DNA of 64,000 nt from Burkholderiales bacterium. Its GTDB lineage: Bacteria; Pseudomonadota; Gammaproteobacteria; Burkholderiales; WYBJ01. The notes beneath the pieces are model-generated. The model had not been told where the DNA came from. It worked only from the letters and a program-made list of their open reading frames with translations, and ran no database searches. The stretch spans positions 32,377 to 96,376 of the forward strand of contig JALHQN010000017.1 in assembly GCA_022841915.1 (NCBI GenBank), in the 5' to 3' direction. Within the stretch, counting starts at the first letter, position 1; every line of letters begins with the position of its first letter. A program made the position numbers and the translations under genes. This document shows positions 10,879 through 21,259 of the stretch, piece by piece.

Positions 10879-12843
10879 TCAGCTGACTTCCTTGAGTTGA
10901 TCGAGAATCGCCGGGTTCTCCAGGGTCGAGACGTCCTGATTGATCTCCTCGCCCTTGGCGATCGAGCGCAGCAGGCGGCGCATGATCTTGCCCGAGCGGG
11001 TTTTGGGCAGGTTGTCACCGAAACGGATGTCCTTCGGCTTCGCGATCGGGCCGATCTCCTTGGCGACCCAGTCGCGCAGTTCGGCAGCGATCTTGTGCGC
11101 TTCGCTGCCGTGCGGGCGCGCTTGCTTCAAGACGACGAATGCCGCCACGGCTTCACCGGTGACTTCATCTGGACGTCCCACGACCGCCGCTTCGGCGACC
11201 TTCGGATTCGATACCAGGGCCGATTCGATTTCCATGGTGCCCAAGCGATGACCCGAGACGTTCAGCACATCGTCGATCCGACCCATGATGGTGAAATAAC
11301 CGTTGGCATCGCGACTCGCCCCATCGCCGGCGAGGTAGAGTTTGCCCTGGAAATCGTCGGGAAAATAGGTGCGCAGGAAACGCTCCGGATCGCCCCAGAT
11401 GGTGCGCAGCATGGAAGGCCAGGGCTTGCGGATCACCAGGATGCCACCCTTGCCGCGCTCGACCGACGTGCCCGTCTCGTCGACCACGTCAGCCATGATG
11501 CCGGGCAAGGGCAGGGTGCATGAGCCCGGCTTGAGGGGTGTCGCACCGGGCAGCGGCGTGATCAGATGGCCACCGGTTTCGGTTTGCCACCAGGTGTCGA
11601 CGACCGGACAGCGGCTGTTGCCGACGGTCTGGTAGTACCACATCCAGGCCTCGGGATTGATCGGCTCGCCCACCGTGCCGAGGATGCGCAACGACGACAA
11701 GTCGTACTGCTTCGGAAGATCCGCGCCAAGTTTGATCAGCGAACGAATGGCGGTAGGTGCCGTGTAGAACACCGTGCACTTGTGATCCTGGATCATGCGC
11801 CAGAAGCGTCCGCTATCGGGGTAAGTCGGCACGCCCTCGAACATGATCTCGGTGGCGCCTACCGCCAGCGGCCCATAGCAGACATAGGTGTGCCCGGTGA
11901 CCCATCCCACATCGGCCGTGCACCAGAACACATCCTGCGGCTTGTAATCGAAGGTCCACTTCATCGTCAGCACGGCCTGCAGCAGATAGCCGCCGGTCGA
12001 GTGCTGGACGCCCTTGGGTTTACCCGTGGAGCCGGAGGTATAGAGAATGAACAGAGGATGCTCGGCGTCCACCCACTCCGGCTCGCATGTGGTGGCTTGT
12101 CCCTGCACCATATCGTGCAACCAGATGTCCCGACCCTTCGTCCACCGTACCTGGGCGCCGGTGCGCTGGTAGACCACGACGTGCTTGAGGGTGTCGCAAT
12201 TCCCCAGTGCGATGGCGTCGTCGACCGCGACCTTGAGCGCAATCGCGCGCCCCCCGCGCATTTGTTCGTCGGCGGTCAGCACGGCGACCGCGCCTGCATC
12301 GATGATGCGCTCCTGCAGCGCCTTGGCCGAAAAACCGCCGAAGACGACGGAGTGAATTGCGCCGATGCGGGCGCAGGCTTGCATCGCCACGACTGCCTCG
12401 ACACTCATCGGCATGTAGACGATGACCCGGTCGCCTTTCTTGATTCCCAGGCTCTTGAGGCCGTTGGCCATCGCACACACTTGTTCGTAGAGTTGGCGAT
12501 AGCTGGTGCGCGTCACCGCGCCATCATCGGCCTCGAAGACGATCGCCGTCTTGTCGGGCTGAGTGCTCAGGTGACGATCCAGGCAGTTGTACGAAGCGTT
12601 GAGCTTGCCGTCGGCGAACCACTTGAAGAAGGGCGCCTGGCTGTCGTCGAGGATTTTCGTGAAGGGCTGTCGCCAGTCCAGATGCTCGCGCGCGAGCCGT
12701 GCCCAGAATCCGGTGAAATCCCCTTCCGCCTCGGTACACAGCGCTTCGTACGCCGCCATGCCGGAGATGTTTGCTTGCGCCTCGAACGCCGCGCTCGGGG
12801 GAAAAATCCGGTGTTCCTGCAGCACGGATTCGATCATGGACAT
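10879..12843 (-). CDS. acs: acetyl-CoA synthetase
   Basis: [35 protein letters not shown]; GAGGAG RBS before ATG 12843. Confidence 0.96.
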   Translation of the reverse strand: MSMIESVLQEHRIFPPSAAFEAQANISGMAAYEALCTEAEGDFTGFWARLAREHLDWRQPFTKILDDSQAPFFKWFADGKLNASYNCLDRHLSTQPDKTAIVFEADDGAVTRTSYRQLYEQVCAMANGLKSLGIKKGDRVIVYMPMSVEAVVAMQACARIGAIHSVVFGGFSAKALQERIIDAGAVAVLTADEQMRGGRAIALKVAVDDAIALGNCDTLKHVVVYQRTGAQVRWTKGRDIWLHDMVQGQATTCEPEWVDAEHPLFILYTSGSTGKPKGVQHSTGGYLLQAVLTMKWTFDYKPQDVFWCTADVGWVTGHTYVCYGPLAVGATEIMFEGVPTYPDSGRFWRMIQDHKCTVFYTAPTAIRSLIKLGADLPKQYDLSSLRILGTVGEPINPEAWMWYYQTVGNSRCPVVDTWWQTETGGHLITPLPGATPLKPGSCTLPLPGIMADVVDETGTSVERGKGGILVIRKPWPSMLRTIWGDPERFLRTYFPDDFQGKLYLAGDGASRDANGYFTIMGRIDDVLNVSGHRLGTMEIESALVSNPKVAEAAVVGRPDEVTGEAVAAFVVLKQARPHGSEAHKIAAELRDWVAKEIGPIAKPKDIRFGDNLPKTRSGKIMRRLLRSIAKGEEINQDVSTLENPAILDQLKEVS

Positions 12844-13122
12844 GACATATCTCCTCTCGACAATGTGGCCGGCGATTGCACGTGGCACGGCAAAACGGGA
12901 TCGGCGGTAATGGAAGCACTAATAGCGAGTGCTGTAAAGTTTCGGCGATGGATGCAGCTTCGTGACCGCGCGATTGGATGGCACGTTCACGCTGCGAAAG
13001 TGCGACTGTCGAAGGGACGCTGATTGGTTTCGCTGCGGGATCGCCAGTGGACGAGCGGGCATCGCGGGCGGCAGATCAGGCAGTTCTGGATCGCAGGCTC
13101 GATTCCGGGCATACTCCACAGC

Positions 13123-13221
13123 GGCGGGCCTCCCCGCATTGCATGGTAGTGAACCTGGTCAGGTCCGGAAGGAAGCAGCCACAGCTATTCTCTGCAAGTG
13201 CCGGGGGTTAGGCTCGCCACC
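13123..13221 (+). ncRNA. ffs: SRP 4.5S RNA
   Basis: Conserved GGTCAGGTCCGGAAGGAAGCAGCC core; terminal pairing GGCGGGCC/GGCTCGCC; lies upstream of dnaX. Confidence 0.95.
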
Positions 13222-13260
13222 TCCACTTTTGATGGTAGCGAGACCCGACTGACGAGATCG

Positions 13261-13815
13261 ATGATGAGACGGACACGTGCGCTCGGTGTGTTCATCGCGT
13301 TGGTCATGATTGCGCCTGCGGCGCGCGCCGTGGACGGCATCTCGCTGGAAATCGGCACGTCCAATTCGGCAAGTGCGTCGGTAGACATCACCCGCATCGG
13401 TTTGCAGTGGAATTGGGCCAAACGCTGGGCTCTGGGCGCCAACTGGAACATAGGCGGCTACTGGGAAGTCGATTTCGGCCATTGGTCGAACGACAGCGCG
13501 CAGCGAACGAACAGCAGTATCGCCGAAATCGGCTTGACACCGGTTTTTCGACTGCAGCAGACCCATCCGGGTGCGATCGCGCCTTATGCCGAAGCCGCCA
13601 TCGGTCTGCACCTGTTGTCGGAGACATCCGTGAGCCAGCATCGCCGGTTCAGCACGATGTTTCAGTTCGGAGATCACCTCGGTCTGGGCATACGCTTCGG
13701 CCACAGACACGCGTTCGACCTGGGCTACCGATATCAGCATCTTTCGAACGGCGGCATCAAGAAGCCGAACCACGGCATCAACTTTCATCAAATCCGCCTG
13801 CAATACAGCTTCTAG
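13261..13815 (+). CDS. pagL: lipid A 3-O-deacylase PagL family outer-membrane beta-barrel
   Basis: Signal peptide, FSTMFQFGDHLGLG, catalytic HLSNGGIKKPNHG, C-terminal Y-x-F. Confidence 0.85.
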   Translation: MMRRTRALGVFIALVMIAPAARAVDGISLEIGTSNSASASVDITRIGLQWNWAKRWALGANWNIGGYWEVDFGHWSNDSAQRTNSSIAEIGLTPVFRLQQTHPGAIAPYAEAAIGLHLLSETSVSQHRRFSTMFQFGDHLGLGIRFGHRHAFDLGYRYQHLSNGGIKKPNHGINFHQIRLQYSF

Positions 13816-13874
13816 CCCAACCTCGGTTGGGCGCAGCGAGAACGCAGGCTGATTAAGCACAAGCAAAAGAGACC

Positions 13875-15500
13875 ATGACTCAGGCGCTGGCGCGCAAATG
13901 GCGACCGAAGACCTTTGCTGAACTGGTGGGCCAGGAGCACGTGGTTCAGGCACTCACCAATGCGCTCGGCGCGCAGCGTCTGCACCATGCGTACCTGTTC
14001 ACCGGAACGCGCGGCGTGGGCAAGACTACGCTCGCCAGAATTCTGGCCAAGGCGTTCAATTGCGAGCAAGGCGTGAGTGCGACGCCTTGCGGTCAATGCA
14101 GTGCGTGCCTCGGAATCGATGCGGGGCGCTTCGTCGATCTGCTGGAGGTCGATGCGGCATCGAATACCCAGGTCGACAAGATGCGCGATCTGCTCGAGAA
14201 CGCGCTGTATGCGCCGACCGCGGGCCGCTACAAGATCTACGTGATCGACGAAGTGCATCAACTCTCCGGGCACTCCTTCAATGCGATGCTCAAGACGCTC
14301 GAGGAGCCTCCCGAGCATGTCAAGTTCGTGCTGGCGACCACCGATCCACAGAAGGTTCCGGTAACGGTCTTGTCCCGGTGTCTGCAGTTCAGCCTGCGGC
14401 AGATTCCCGCCGACCAGATTCGAGCCCGTCTGGCCGAGATCCTGGAGCGCGAAGGCATCGCGTTCGAGGTCGCCGGCGTCGCAGCGATCGCGCGTGCCGC
14501 ACGCGGGAGCCTGCGCGATGCTCTGTCGCTGCTCGATCAGGCCATCGCTCACGGCGGCGGCAAGGTCGATGAGCACGCAGTCACGGCGATGCTGGGCTTG
14601 GTCGGCCGGGAGCATCTGGTCAAGCTCATCGAGTACTTGGCCGCGCACGACGGCGCTGCGATGATCGCTCAGGCCGACGAGATGGCCTCGCACGGGATCG
14701 CATTCGAACAGGCCTTGCAGCAGCTCGGCGCATTGTGGCATCGAATTGCGCTGGCCCAGATCGTTCCTTCGGCCGTGGCTGCCGAAGAGGGCGACCCTGG
14801 CGTCGTACGCGCGCTGGCCGATCGGTTCAGTGCCGAGGAGGTCCAGCTCTACTATCAGATCACCCAGCAAGGGCGGGGCGACATCGTGCTCGCGCCCGAC
14901 GAGTACGCCGGCTTCACCATGACTTTGATGCGCATGCTCGCCTTCGCGCCGCACTCGAGCGCCGCACCGGCTGCAAACGTTCGCGCATCGCAGCCCGCGC
15001 TTGCCGTCGCGCAGCGGCCGGCTCAACCGGCGAGCGAGCCGCCCGCGGCATTAGGGGCGACCCTTGCGGTCCCGGCTGCCGCTGTCGCGCCCACGGTAGA
15101 GCGTAAGGTGGCGGCGGGGCCGATCGGCGACTGGTCGCGACTGCTGGCGGCGCTCAAACTTACCGGGATGACTCGTCAACTGGCGCACCATTGCGAGTTG
15201 ACGGGAGAGGAGGGCGAAGTCGTCGCTCTGCGCCTGGCTCCCGCCCACAAGCATCTGGCCGACAAAGGCCCGCAGGAGCGATTGCGTGCAGCGGTCGAGG
15301 AACACCTGGGCCGCAGTGTGCGTCTGAGGATCGATATCGCGGAGCCGCAGGGGCAGACGCCTGCTCAGATGGACGACCAGGAGCGACGCAACAAACTGGC
15401 GAACGCTGCGCAGTCGCTCGACGCCGATCCGTTCGTTCGTGAGTTGGTCGACGATTTCGGTGCCCGCGTAGTCCCTGATTCCATCAAACCAAAGCGCTGA
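13875..15500 (+). CDS. dnaX: DNA polymerase III gamma/tau
   Basis: LARKWRP, GTRGVGKTT, zinc CxxCxxC, IDEVH, SRC. Confidence 0.97.
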   Translation: MTQALARKWRPKTFAELVGQEHVVQALTNALGAQRLHHAYLFTGTRGVGKTTLARILAKAFNCEQGVSATPCGQCSACLGIDAGRFVDLLEVDAASNTQVDKMRDLLENALYAPTAGRYKIYVIDEVHQLSGHSFNAMLKTLEEPPEHVKFVLATTDPQKVPVTVLSRCLQFSLRQIPADQIRARLAEILEREGIAFEVAGVAAIARAARGSLRDALSLLDQAIAHGGGKVDEHAVTAMLGLVGREHLVKLIEYLAAHDGAAMIAQADEMASHGIAFEQALQQLGALWHRIALAQIVPSAVAAEEGDPGVVRALADRFSAEEVQLYYQITQQGRGDIVLAPDEYAGFTMTLMRMLAFAPHSSAAPAANVRASQPALAVAQRPAQPASEPPAALGATLAVPAAAVAPTVERKVAAGPIGDWSRLLAALKLTGMTRQLAHHCELTGEEGEVVALRLAPAHKHLADKGPQERLRAAVEEHLGRSVRLRIDIAEPQGQTPAQMDDQERRNKLANAAQSLDADPFVRELVDDFGARVVPDSIKPKR

Positions 15501-15527
15501 GTTCGAGCGCGAAAGCAGAGGGTCATC

Positions 15528-15854
15528 ATGATGAAAGGCGGTTTGGGGCAGCTCATGAAGCAGGCGCAGCAGATGCAGGAGAACATGCGCAAAGTACAGG
15601 AAAGCCTCGCGTCCATCGAAGTGGAGGGACAGTCCGGCGCCGGACTCGTCAAGATCGTCATGACGTGCCGCAACGATGTGAAGCGCGTCACCATCGATCC
15701 TAGCCTGCTGGCCGACGACAAGGATATGCTCGAAGATCTGGTTGCTGCGGCCTTCAACGATGCCGTCCGCAAGGCCGAAGCCACTTCGCAGGAGAAGATG
15801 GCAGGCTTCACGAGCGGCTTGAACCTGCCGCCGGGCATGAAGATGCCGTTCTAG
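15528..15854 (+). CDS. ybaB: YbaB/EbfC nucleoid-associated protein
   Basis: [15 protein letters not shown]-type motif (DMLEDLV); dnaX-ybaB-recR synteny. Confidence 0.95.
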   Translation: MMKGGLGQLMKQAQQMQENMRKVQESLASIEVEGQSGAGLVKIVMTCRNDVKRVTIDPSLLADDKDMLEDLVAAAFNDAVRKAEATSQEKMAGFTSGLNLPPGMKMPF

Positions 15855-15891
15855 GCATGTTGGCACGAACGAGTTTGCCAGCGGTGGCGGC

Positions 15892-16488
15892 ATGAAGAAT
15901 CCGCCCAGCCTGGAGGAGCTGATCGCCGCGTTTCGCTGTCTCCCCGGTGTGGGTGCGAAGTCGGCGCAGCGCATGGCGTTCCACTTGCTGCAGCGGGATC
16001 GCGCCGGCGCCGCACGATTGGGCGCTGCGCTCGGCCGGGTTCTCGACGCGGTTCGCCATTGCGAGCGCTGCAACAGCTTCAGCGAAACCGACGTGTGCGG
16101 TTTGTGCAGTTCGTCCCAGCGCGACGCGAGTCTGCTATGCGTGGTCGAGACGCCAGCCGATCTGCTCATGCTCGAGCAGGCCCAGTGCTACGGCGGCCTC
16201 TATTTCGTGTTGATGGGGCGACTGTCTCCGCTGGATGGCATCGGCCCCAAGGACATTCACCTCGATCGCATGCTGCAGCGGGCTGCCGACGGTCTGGTGA
16301 AAGAAGTCGTGCTCGCGACCAATTTCACTAATGAAGGCGAAGCGACGGCTCATTTCATCAGCGAGATGCTCGCGAGCCGAGGCATCAAGGTCACGCGCAT
16401 CGCGCGCGGCTTGCCCGTGGGTGGAGAGATCGAGCACGTCGACAGTGGCACGCTCGCCCGTGCCGTGATCGAGCGCCGGTCGGTGTAA
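15892..16488 (+). CDS. recR: recombination mediator RecR
   Basis: Hh[13 protein letters not shown]4 zinc finger, Toprim, [11 protein letters not shown]. Confidence 0.96.
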   Translation: MKNPPSLEELIAAFRCLPGVGAKSAQRMAFHLLQRDRAGAARLGAALGRVLDAVRHCERCNSFSETDVCGLCSSSQRDASLLCVVETPADLLMLEQAQCYGGLYFVLMGRLSPLDGIGPKDIHLDRMLQRAADGLVKEVVLATNFTNEGEATAHFISEMLASRGIKVTRIARGLPVGGEIEHVDSGTLARAVIERRSV

Positions 16489-16494
16489 TCCGCA

Positions 16495-16514
16495 CAGCCG
16501 CTCTGGAGCGGCTG
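16495..16514. terminator. hairpin between convergent recR and reductase genes
   Basis: CAGCCGCTC-TG-GAGCGGCTG inverted repeat; no U-tract. Confidence 0.45.
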
Positions 16515-16516
16515 CA

Positions 16517-17716
16517 TCATCCCAAAGGCACGCTCGGATCGGCGAGCTTCGCCGCGTCCACGTCGCCGCCGGCCGCGATCAACTTGCGAAAGGCCAGATG
16601 TTCGCGAGGCGCGCTTACCGTGTCGGCTGCGATAAGTTTGCCGCCGCGCAGATACATCACGCTGAAGGTGCGCGTCGAGGGATCACCTCTCAGTACCGCA
16701 TCATCGTAGCCTTGCGACAAGCCCGCGATCTGTAGTCGCAGGTCGTACTGGTTCGACCAGAACCAAGGCAGTTCGGCATAGGCCAGCGGCTTTCCGCATA
16801 GATTGGAGGCCGCGGCGCGCGCCTGATCGACGGCGTTCTGCACCGACTCCAGGCGCAGTCTACGGTCGAGCAGTTTGTTCGGATGATTCGTGCAGTCGCC
16901 TGCCGCATGGATGTGCTCATCGGCAGTGCGAGTGAACTCGTCGACGATGATCCCGTTGTCGCAGGCAAGACCCGCGGCGGCAGCCAGTTCGACGTTCGGT
17001 ACGATGCCTACGCCGACGATGACCAAGTCGGCCTCGATGCGGCCTCCCGTGCTCACCACTGCGCTCACGCGCTCCTTGCCCTCCATCGCCACTACACCGG
17101 CGTCGCACCGGATGTCGACGCCTTGTCTGGCGTGCTCTTCGGCGAAGAACTGAGCGGTCGGCGGGCCGCTCACGCGGCTGAGGATCCGACTCGCGGCCTC
17201 CAGGACGGTGACCTTCAATCCGGCTTTGACGGCAATCGCTGCCGCCTCGAGCCCGATGTAGCCGCCACCCACGACCACCAGTCGCTGGTCCGGGGACATC
17301 TGTGCGCGTATGCCCTCCACGTCGGCGATCGTGCGCAGATAATGGACGCCAGGGAGCGTTGCTCCCAGCACATCGAGCCGTCGTACTCGGCTGCCTGTCG
17401 TCAGCAGGAGCTTGGAATAGGGCAGGGTTTCGTCGCCGAGGGCCACTTCGCGGCGCCCGCGATCGATGCCTTCCACACGAGTGTTCAGTCGAAACTGGAC
17501 CGTCCGCTCCTGATAGAACTTGGCAGGCTTGAGCTGCAGTTGCTCGACGCTCATCTGACCGGCGAGAAAATTCTTCGATAGCGGCGGGCGCTGATAGGGC
17601 CCGTGGGCTTCATCGCCGACAACGAGGATCTCCCCGGTGTAGCCATGCTCGCGCAAGCTCGCCACAGCCACTCCCGCGCTATGGCCGGCGCCGACGATTA
17701 CGATTCGTTCGCTCAT
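16517..17716 (-). CDS. oxygenase-coupled NADH-ferredoxin reductase (putidaredoxin reductase-like)
   Basis: IVGAGHSA, PYQRPPLSK, GGGYIGLE, RLESVQNA, PWFWSNQY. Confidence 0.88.
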   Translation of the reverse strand: MSERIVIVGAGHSAGVAVASLREHGYTGEILVVGDEAHGPYQRPPLSKNFLAGQMSVEQLQLKPAKFYQERTVQFRLNTRVEGIDRGRREVALGDETLPYSKLLLTTGSRVRRLDVLGATLPGVHYLRTIADVEGIRAQMSPDQRLVVVGGGYIGLEAAAIAVKAGLKVTVLEAASRILSRVSGPPTAQFFAEEHARQGVDIRCDAGVVAMEGKERVSAVVSTGGRIEADLVIVGVGIVPNVELAAAAGLACDNGIIVDEFTRTADEHIHAAGDCTNHPNKLLDRRLRLESVQNAVDQARAAASNLCGKPLAYAELPWFWSNQYDLRLQIAGLSQGYDDAVLRGDPSTRTFSVMYLRGGKLIAADTVSAPREHLAFRKLIAAGGDVDAAKLADPSVPLG

Positions 17717-17807
17717 GTGATTTCCGTTTCGGTGGACGAAGCGGCGGCTGGTCACCGCACTTCCGAGGATAGGGATTGTAGTCGCTGCCTCGCGTTTCGC
17801 GAACCCG

Positions 17808-17837
17808 TTGCATGTCGACATGGGCGAGCGCTATAAT
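17808..17837 (+). promoter_or_regulatory. sigma70 promoter of the riboswitch/btu operon
   Basis: TTGCAT-18 nt-TATAAT immediately upstream of the riboswitch. Confidence 0.6.
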
Positions 17838-17843
17838 CAGTCG

Positions 17844-18040
17844 TCCTAGGTGCGTTCGTTATAGCGACGAGCGTTAAACGGGAAACAGGGACCGGCCAAC
17901 GCCGGCAACCTGTGCTGCCCCCGCAACGGTAAGCAAGTGCGGGTGCGACACGACGAGCCCTTCGAGGCTCGCAGCCACTGCGGCAGCTGCCGTGGGAAGG
18001 CGTCGCACCAAGACTTGTCAGCCCGGATACCGGCCCAGGA
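17844..18040 (+). promoter_or_regulatory. cobalamin (AdoCbl) riboswitch
   Basis: AAACGGGAA, CTGCCCCCGCAACGGT, AGCCACTG...GGGAAGG and AGCCCGGATACCGGCC (B12 box) motifs in the correct order, upstream of a TonB receptor. Confidence 0.92.
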
Positions 18041-18165
18041 TCGCAGTGAAGCTGGCGCGGGTGGTCGCCGCATGCTTGCTCGTCTGGACGGCGTGGCGCG
18101 CATCCTCTCCTCTTCACTTCTATTCCATGTGATGTCCGCGGGGCGGCGGACGAGGGAGTGTTGAA

Positions 18166-20238
18166 TTGACTTCAGCTAAGCGATGGCGGCTCGCCCTATG
18201 GGCGCCTGCCATGATCGGTTTTTCCTTCAGTACGAGCACCCCAGCGCAGCTCGCCTACACGCCGGAGATCATCGTCTCCGCGACCCGGTTCACGGATTCC
18301 GTCGACCGGCTCCCGGTGAACGCGAGCGTCATACAGGCGGACGAGATCGCTCGCAGCACCGCACGCACGCTGCCCGAATTGCTCGGCTCGCGCGCCGGTA
18401 TCGCGATGCGCGATCTCTACGGCAACGACGGTGCCCTCAGCACGATCGACATGCGAGGGTTCGGTGCCGCTGCGGGGCAGAATACGCTGGTGTTGGTCGA
18501 CGGTCGCGTGCTGAACGACATCGACATGTCGGGCGTGCAGTGGTCTTCGATTCCGCTGGGAACGATCGAGCGCATCGAAGTGCTGAGGGGCAGCGGGGCG
18601 GTTCAATACGGCGATGGCGCGAGCGCCGGTGTCATCAACATCGTCACGCGGCATCCGGCGCGTGACGGCAATCGTGTCACCGCGGGCGCCCGATTCGGCA
18701 GCTGGGATACCCGCGATTTGAGCGCGGGACTGAACCTCTTCGCCAACAACGTCGGGCTCTACGCTCATGCGCGCAACTACGAGTCCGGCGGCTATCGAGA
18801 CAACAATCGCTCGCGCCAGTCCAATGTCGCGCTTAGCGGCAGCTGGACCGGCGCCGCCGCCGAGGCGAATCTGCGTCTGGGCATCGACAGACAGGGCATA
18901 CGCCTGCCTGGTGCGAGACTCGTCCAGCCCAGCGCAGGCATCGATCTGTTATCGACCGATCGTCGGGGCGCAGCAACACCCCTCGACTACGCTCAGCGTG
19001 ACGGCAATCATCTCGCGCTTGACCTGCGCTGGCAGCTGGGGGCCGGCGAATTGGCGCTTGGCATGGGTTACCGGGACAAGTCGCAGCACTCGTATTTCGA
19101 CTTCGGCGGCTTTCCCGACTACCGTAGCATCGATCTGGACGTCCTCAGCATGCAGCCGCGGTTTCGCTGGCAGGGCGATATACGTGGTCTTCGGCATTCC
19201 ATCGTGGCGGGGATGGATCTGGCGCAGTGGGATTACGCGTTGCGCCGCTCGAATCAGCCGTCCAATATCGGGCAGCCGATCAACAGCGTCGGCGCCAGCC
19301 AGGACACCCGCGCGTTCTATCTGCTCGATACGGTGCAACTCTCGGAGCGAGTCGTCGTCAACGTGGGACTGCGTCGCGAGCGTCGTCGATTGAGCGCGAG
19401 TGACGTCTACGATCCGGGCGCGCCAGGCGCGTTCTTCGGCTCGGCTGCTATTGCGGGGCAGGAAGACGCCCGTGCAAGCGCCTACGAAGCCGGTCTTCGG
19501 ATCGGTATCTCGGATCAGGCGGACGCGGTCCTGCGCACCGGAAAAAGCTTCCGCTTCGCCAACGTGGACGAGATCTACGAGACTTCCCCCACCTTCGCTC
19601 CTCAGTTCCAGTTCCTGCGGCCACAGAGCGCGCGCACCTACGAAGCGGGCGTGGTCTTGGGACGCAAGGCGCCCTGGCTGCGCGCGTCCTTGTATCGGAT
19701 GGACGTGGACGACGAGATTCATCTCGATCCGTTCTCGACCGGCGTGGGCAATCGCAATCTGCCGCCGCTGCGGCGCGATGGCCTCGAGGTCGAGACCCGC
19801 CATTCGGTTACTCGGGACATCGAGTTGAGCAGCGCCTACGCGTTCACGCGCGCTCGCTTCACCGAGGGGACGTTGAACACCGTAGTGATCGCCGGGCGCA
19901 CCGTGCCCCTCGTGCCGCGCCACAAACTGAACCTGGCCGCGAGCTGGCGTATGACTACCGATACTCGCGTTCGGGCTGAGATGCATGCCGTCGCAGAGCA
20001 GTACATGGATAACGACGAAGGCAACACCTTCCAGCGGCGCATTCCTGCCTACACCACCGCGGACCTGAAGATCCAGCATCGAGTCGGTGCTTTCACGGCC
20101 ACCTTGGGCGTAAGTAATCTGTTCGATCGCAAGTACTTCGCCTATGCCGTGCGCAGCCAATTCGTGGCTGACCGGTTCAATGCGTATCCGCTGCCTGAAC
20201 GCTCGTTCTGGATCGGGCTGGAGTACAAGGGGCTTTGA
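18166..20238 (+). CDS. btuB: TonB-dependent cobalamin receptor (BtuB-like)
   Basis: TonB box EIIVSATR, plug IERIEVLRGSGAVQYG..GVINI, NLFDRKY; riboswitch upstream; TTG start with GAGGGAG RBS. Confidence 0.8.
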   Translation: MTSAKRWRLALWAPAMIGFSFSTSTPAQLAYTPEIIVSATRFTDSVDRLPVNASVIQADEIARSTARTLPELLGSRAGIAMRDLYGNDGALSTIDMRGFGAAAGQNTLVLVDGRVLNDIDMSGVQWSSIPLGTIERIEVLRGSGAVQYGDGASAGVINIVTRHPARDGNRVTAGARFGSWDTRDLSAGLNLFANNVGLYAHARNYESGGYRDNNRSRQSNVALSGSWTGAAAEANLRLGIDRQGIRLPGARLVQPSAGIDLLSTDRRGAATPLDYAQRDGNHLALDLRWQLGAGELALGMGYRDKSQHSYFDFGGFPDYRSIDLDVLSMQPRFRWQGDIRGLRHSIVAGMDLAQWDYALRRSNQPSNIGQPINSVGASQDTRAFYLLDTVQLSERVVVNVGLRRERRRLSASDVYDPGAPGAFFGSAAIAGQEDARASAYEAGLRIGISDQADAVLRTGKSFRFANVDEIYETSPTFAPQFQFLRPQSARTYEAGVVLGRKAPWLRASLYRMDVDDEIHLDPFSTGVGNRNLPPLRRDGLEVETRHSVTRDIELSSAYAFTRARFTEGTLNTVVIAGRTVPLVPRHKLNLAASWRMTTDTRVRAEMHAVAEQYMDNDEGNTFQRRIPAYTTADLKIQHRVGAFTATLGVSNLFDRKYFAYAVRSQFVADRFNAYPLPERSFWIGLEYKGL

Positions 20239-20251
20239 TCATGGACGTACG

Positions 20252-21259
20252 ATGAATCGGGCGCGCGTGCGGGTCTCCCTCGGGGCCATGCTCGTGCTCG
20301 CCTGCGCTTCAGTGCTGCTGGCCTTGAGCAGCGGCACCGACGGTTGGTCGCCACAGCGAACCTGGCAGGCACTGACGGAGGGTCGATCCTCGCTGTATGC
20401 CGAGGTCGTGCTTGGGTTGCGATTGCCCAGAGCGTGGACAGCCTTTGCGTGCGGAGGCCTTCTCGCGGTCGCCGGGGCGTTGATGCAGGTGCTGCTGCGC
20501 AATCCGTTGGCCGATCCCTATGTGCTAGGGCTCGCAGGTGGGGCCGGCGTGGGCGCGTTGGGTGCAATGTTGTTGGGGATAGGCAGTGTGGGCGTGATGG
20601 GGGCCGCCTGGGTGGGGGCCTTGATGTCCGTCGCGATGGTGCTATGGTTCGGCCGAGACACCTTCGTCGGTCGAAGCTCGGGCGCTGCAGCGGACGATCC
20701 GTTGCGCCTGTTGCTGATCGGGGTCGCTTTGGCAACGGGGTGGGCGGCGCTGATCACGCTCATTCTTGCGCTCGCTCCGGATGCGAGCCTGCGCGGCCTG
20801 TTGTTCTGGCTCATGGGCGATCTGGACGGAGCGGTCGACTTCATGGTGCCGCTGGCGGGTTTGATCGTCGTCCTGATCTTCACCATGTTTTGGGCACGGG
20901 ATCTCAACGTGCTGACCCACGGCGCCCAGACCGCGCACGCACTGGGGGTGTCAGTGAAGCGAGTTCGTTTTCTCGCCATGCTGCTTGCATCGTGCGCGAC
21001 GGCGCTCGCAGTCACCACGATTGGGACCGTCGGCTTCGTCGGCCTGATCGTCCCCAATGCATTGCGACTCGTGTTCGGCAACGATCAGCGGTTTCTTCTG
21101 CCTGCCAGTGCCTTGGCGGGCGGTGCGTTGCTCACGCTCGCTGACACGCTCGGACGGACGGTCGTCGCGCCGATGCAACTGCCCGTGGGTGGCGTCATGG
21201 CCGTGTTGGGTGCGCCCGTGTTCATGTGGATACTAAGCCGAGGATACTCCGGGCGATGA
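20252..21259 (+). CDS. btuC: FecCD/BtuC ABC permease
   Basis: LRLPRA, LLRNPLADPYVLG, FVGLIVP, LPVG. Confidence 0.8.
   Translation: MNRARVRVSLGAMLVLACASVLLALSSGTDGWSPQRTWQALTEGRSSLYAEVVLGLRLPRAWTAFACGGLLAVAGALMQVLLRNPLADPYVLGLAGGAGVGALGAMLLGIGSVGVMGAAWVGALMSVAMVLWFGRDTFVGRSSGAAADDPLRLLLIGVALATGWAALITLILALAPDASLRGLLFWLMGDLDGAVDFMVPLAGLIVVLIFTMFWARDLNVLTHGAQTAHALGVSVKRVRFLAMLLASCATALAVTTIGTVGFVGLIVPNALRLVFGNDQRFLLPASALAGGALLTLADTLGRTVVAPMQLPVGGVMAVLGAPVFMWILSRGYSGR

Noticed and set aside
13875-15500. dnaX programmed frameshift or slippage site
   Set aside because: No A-AAA-AAG or long A-run seen.
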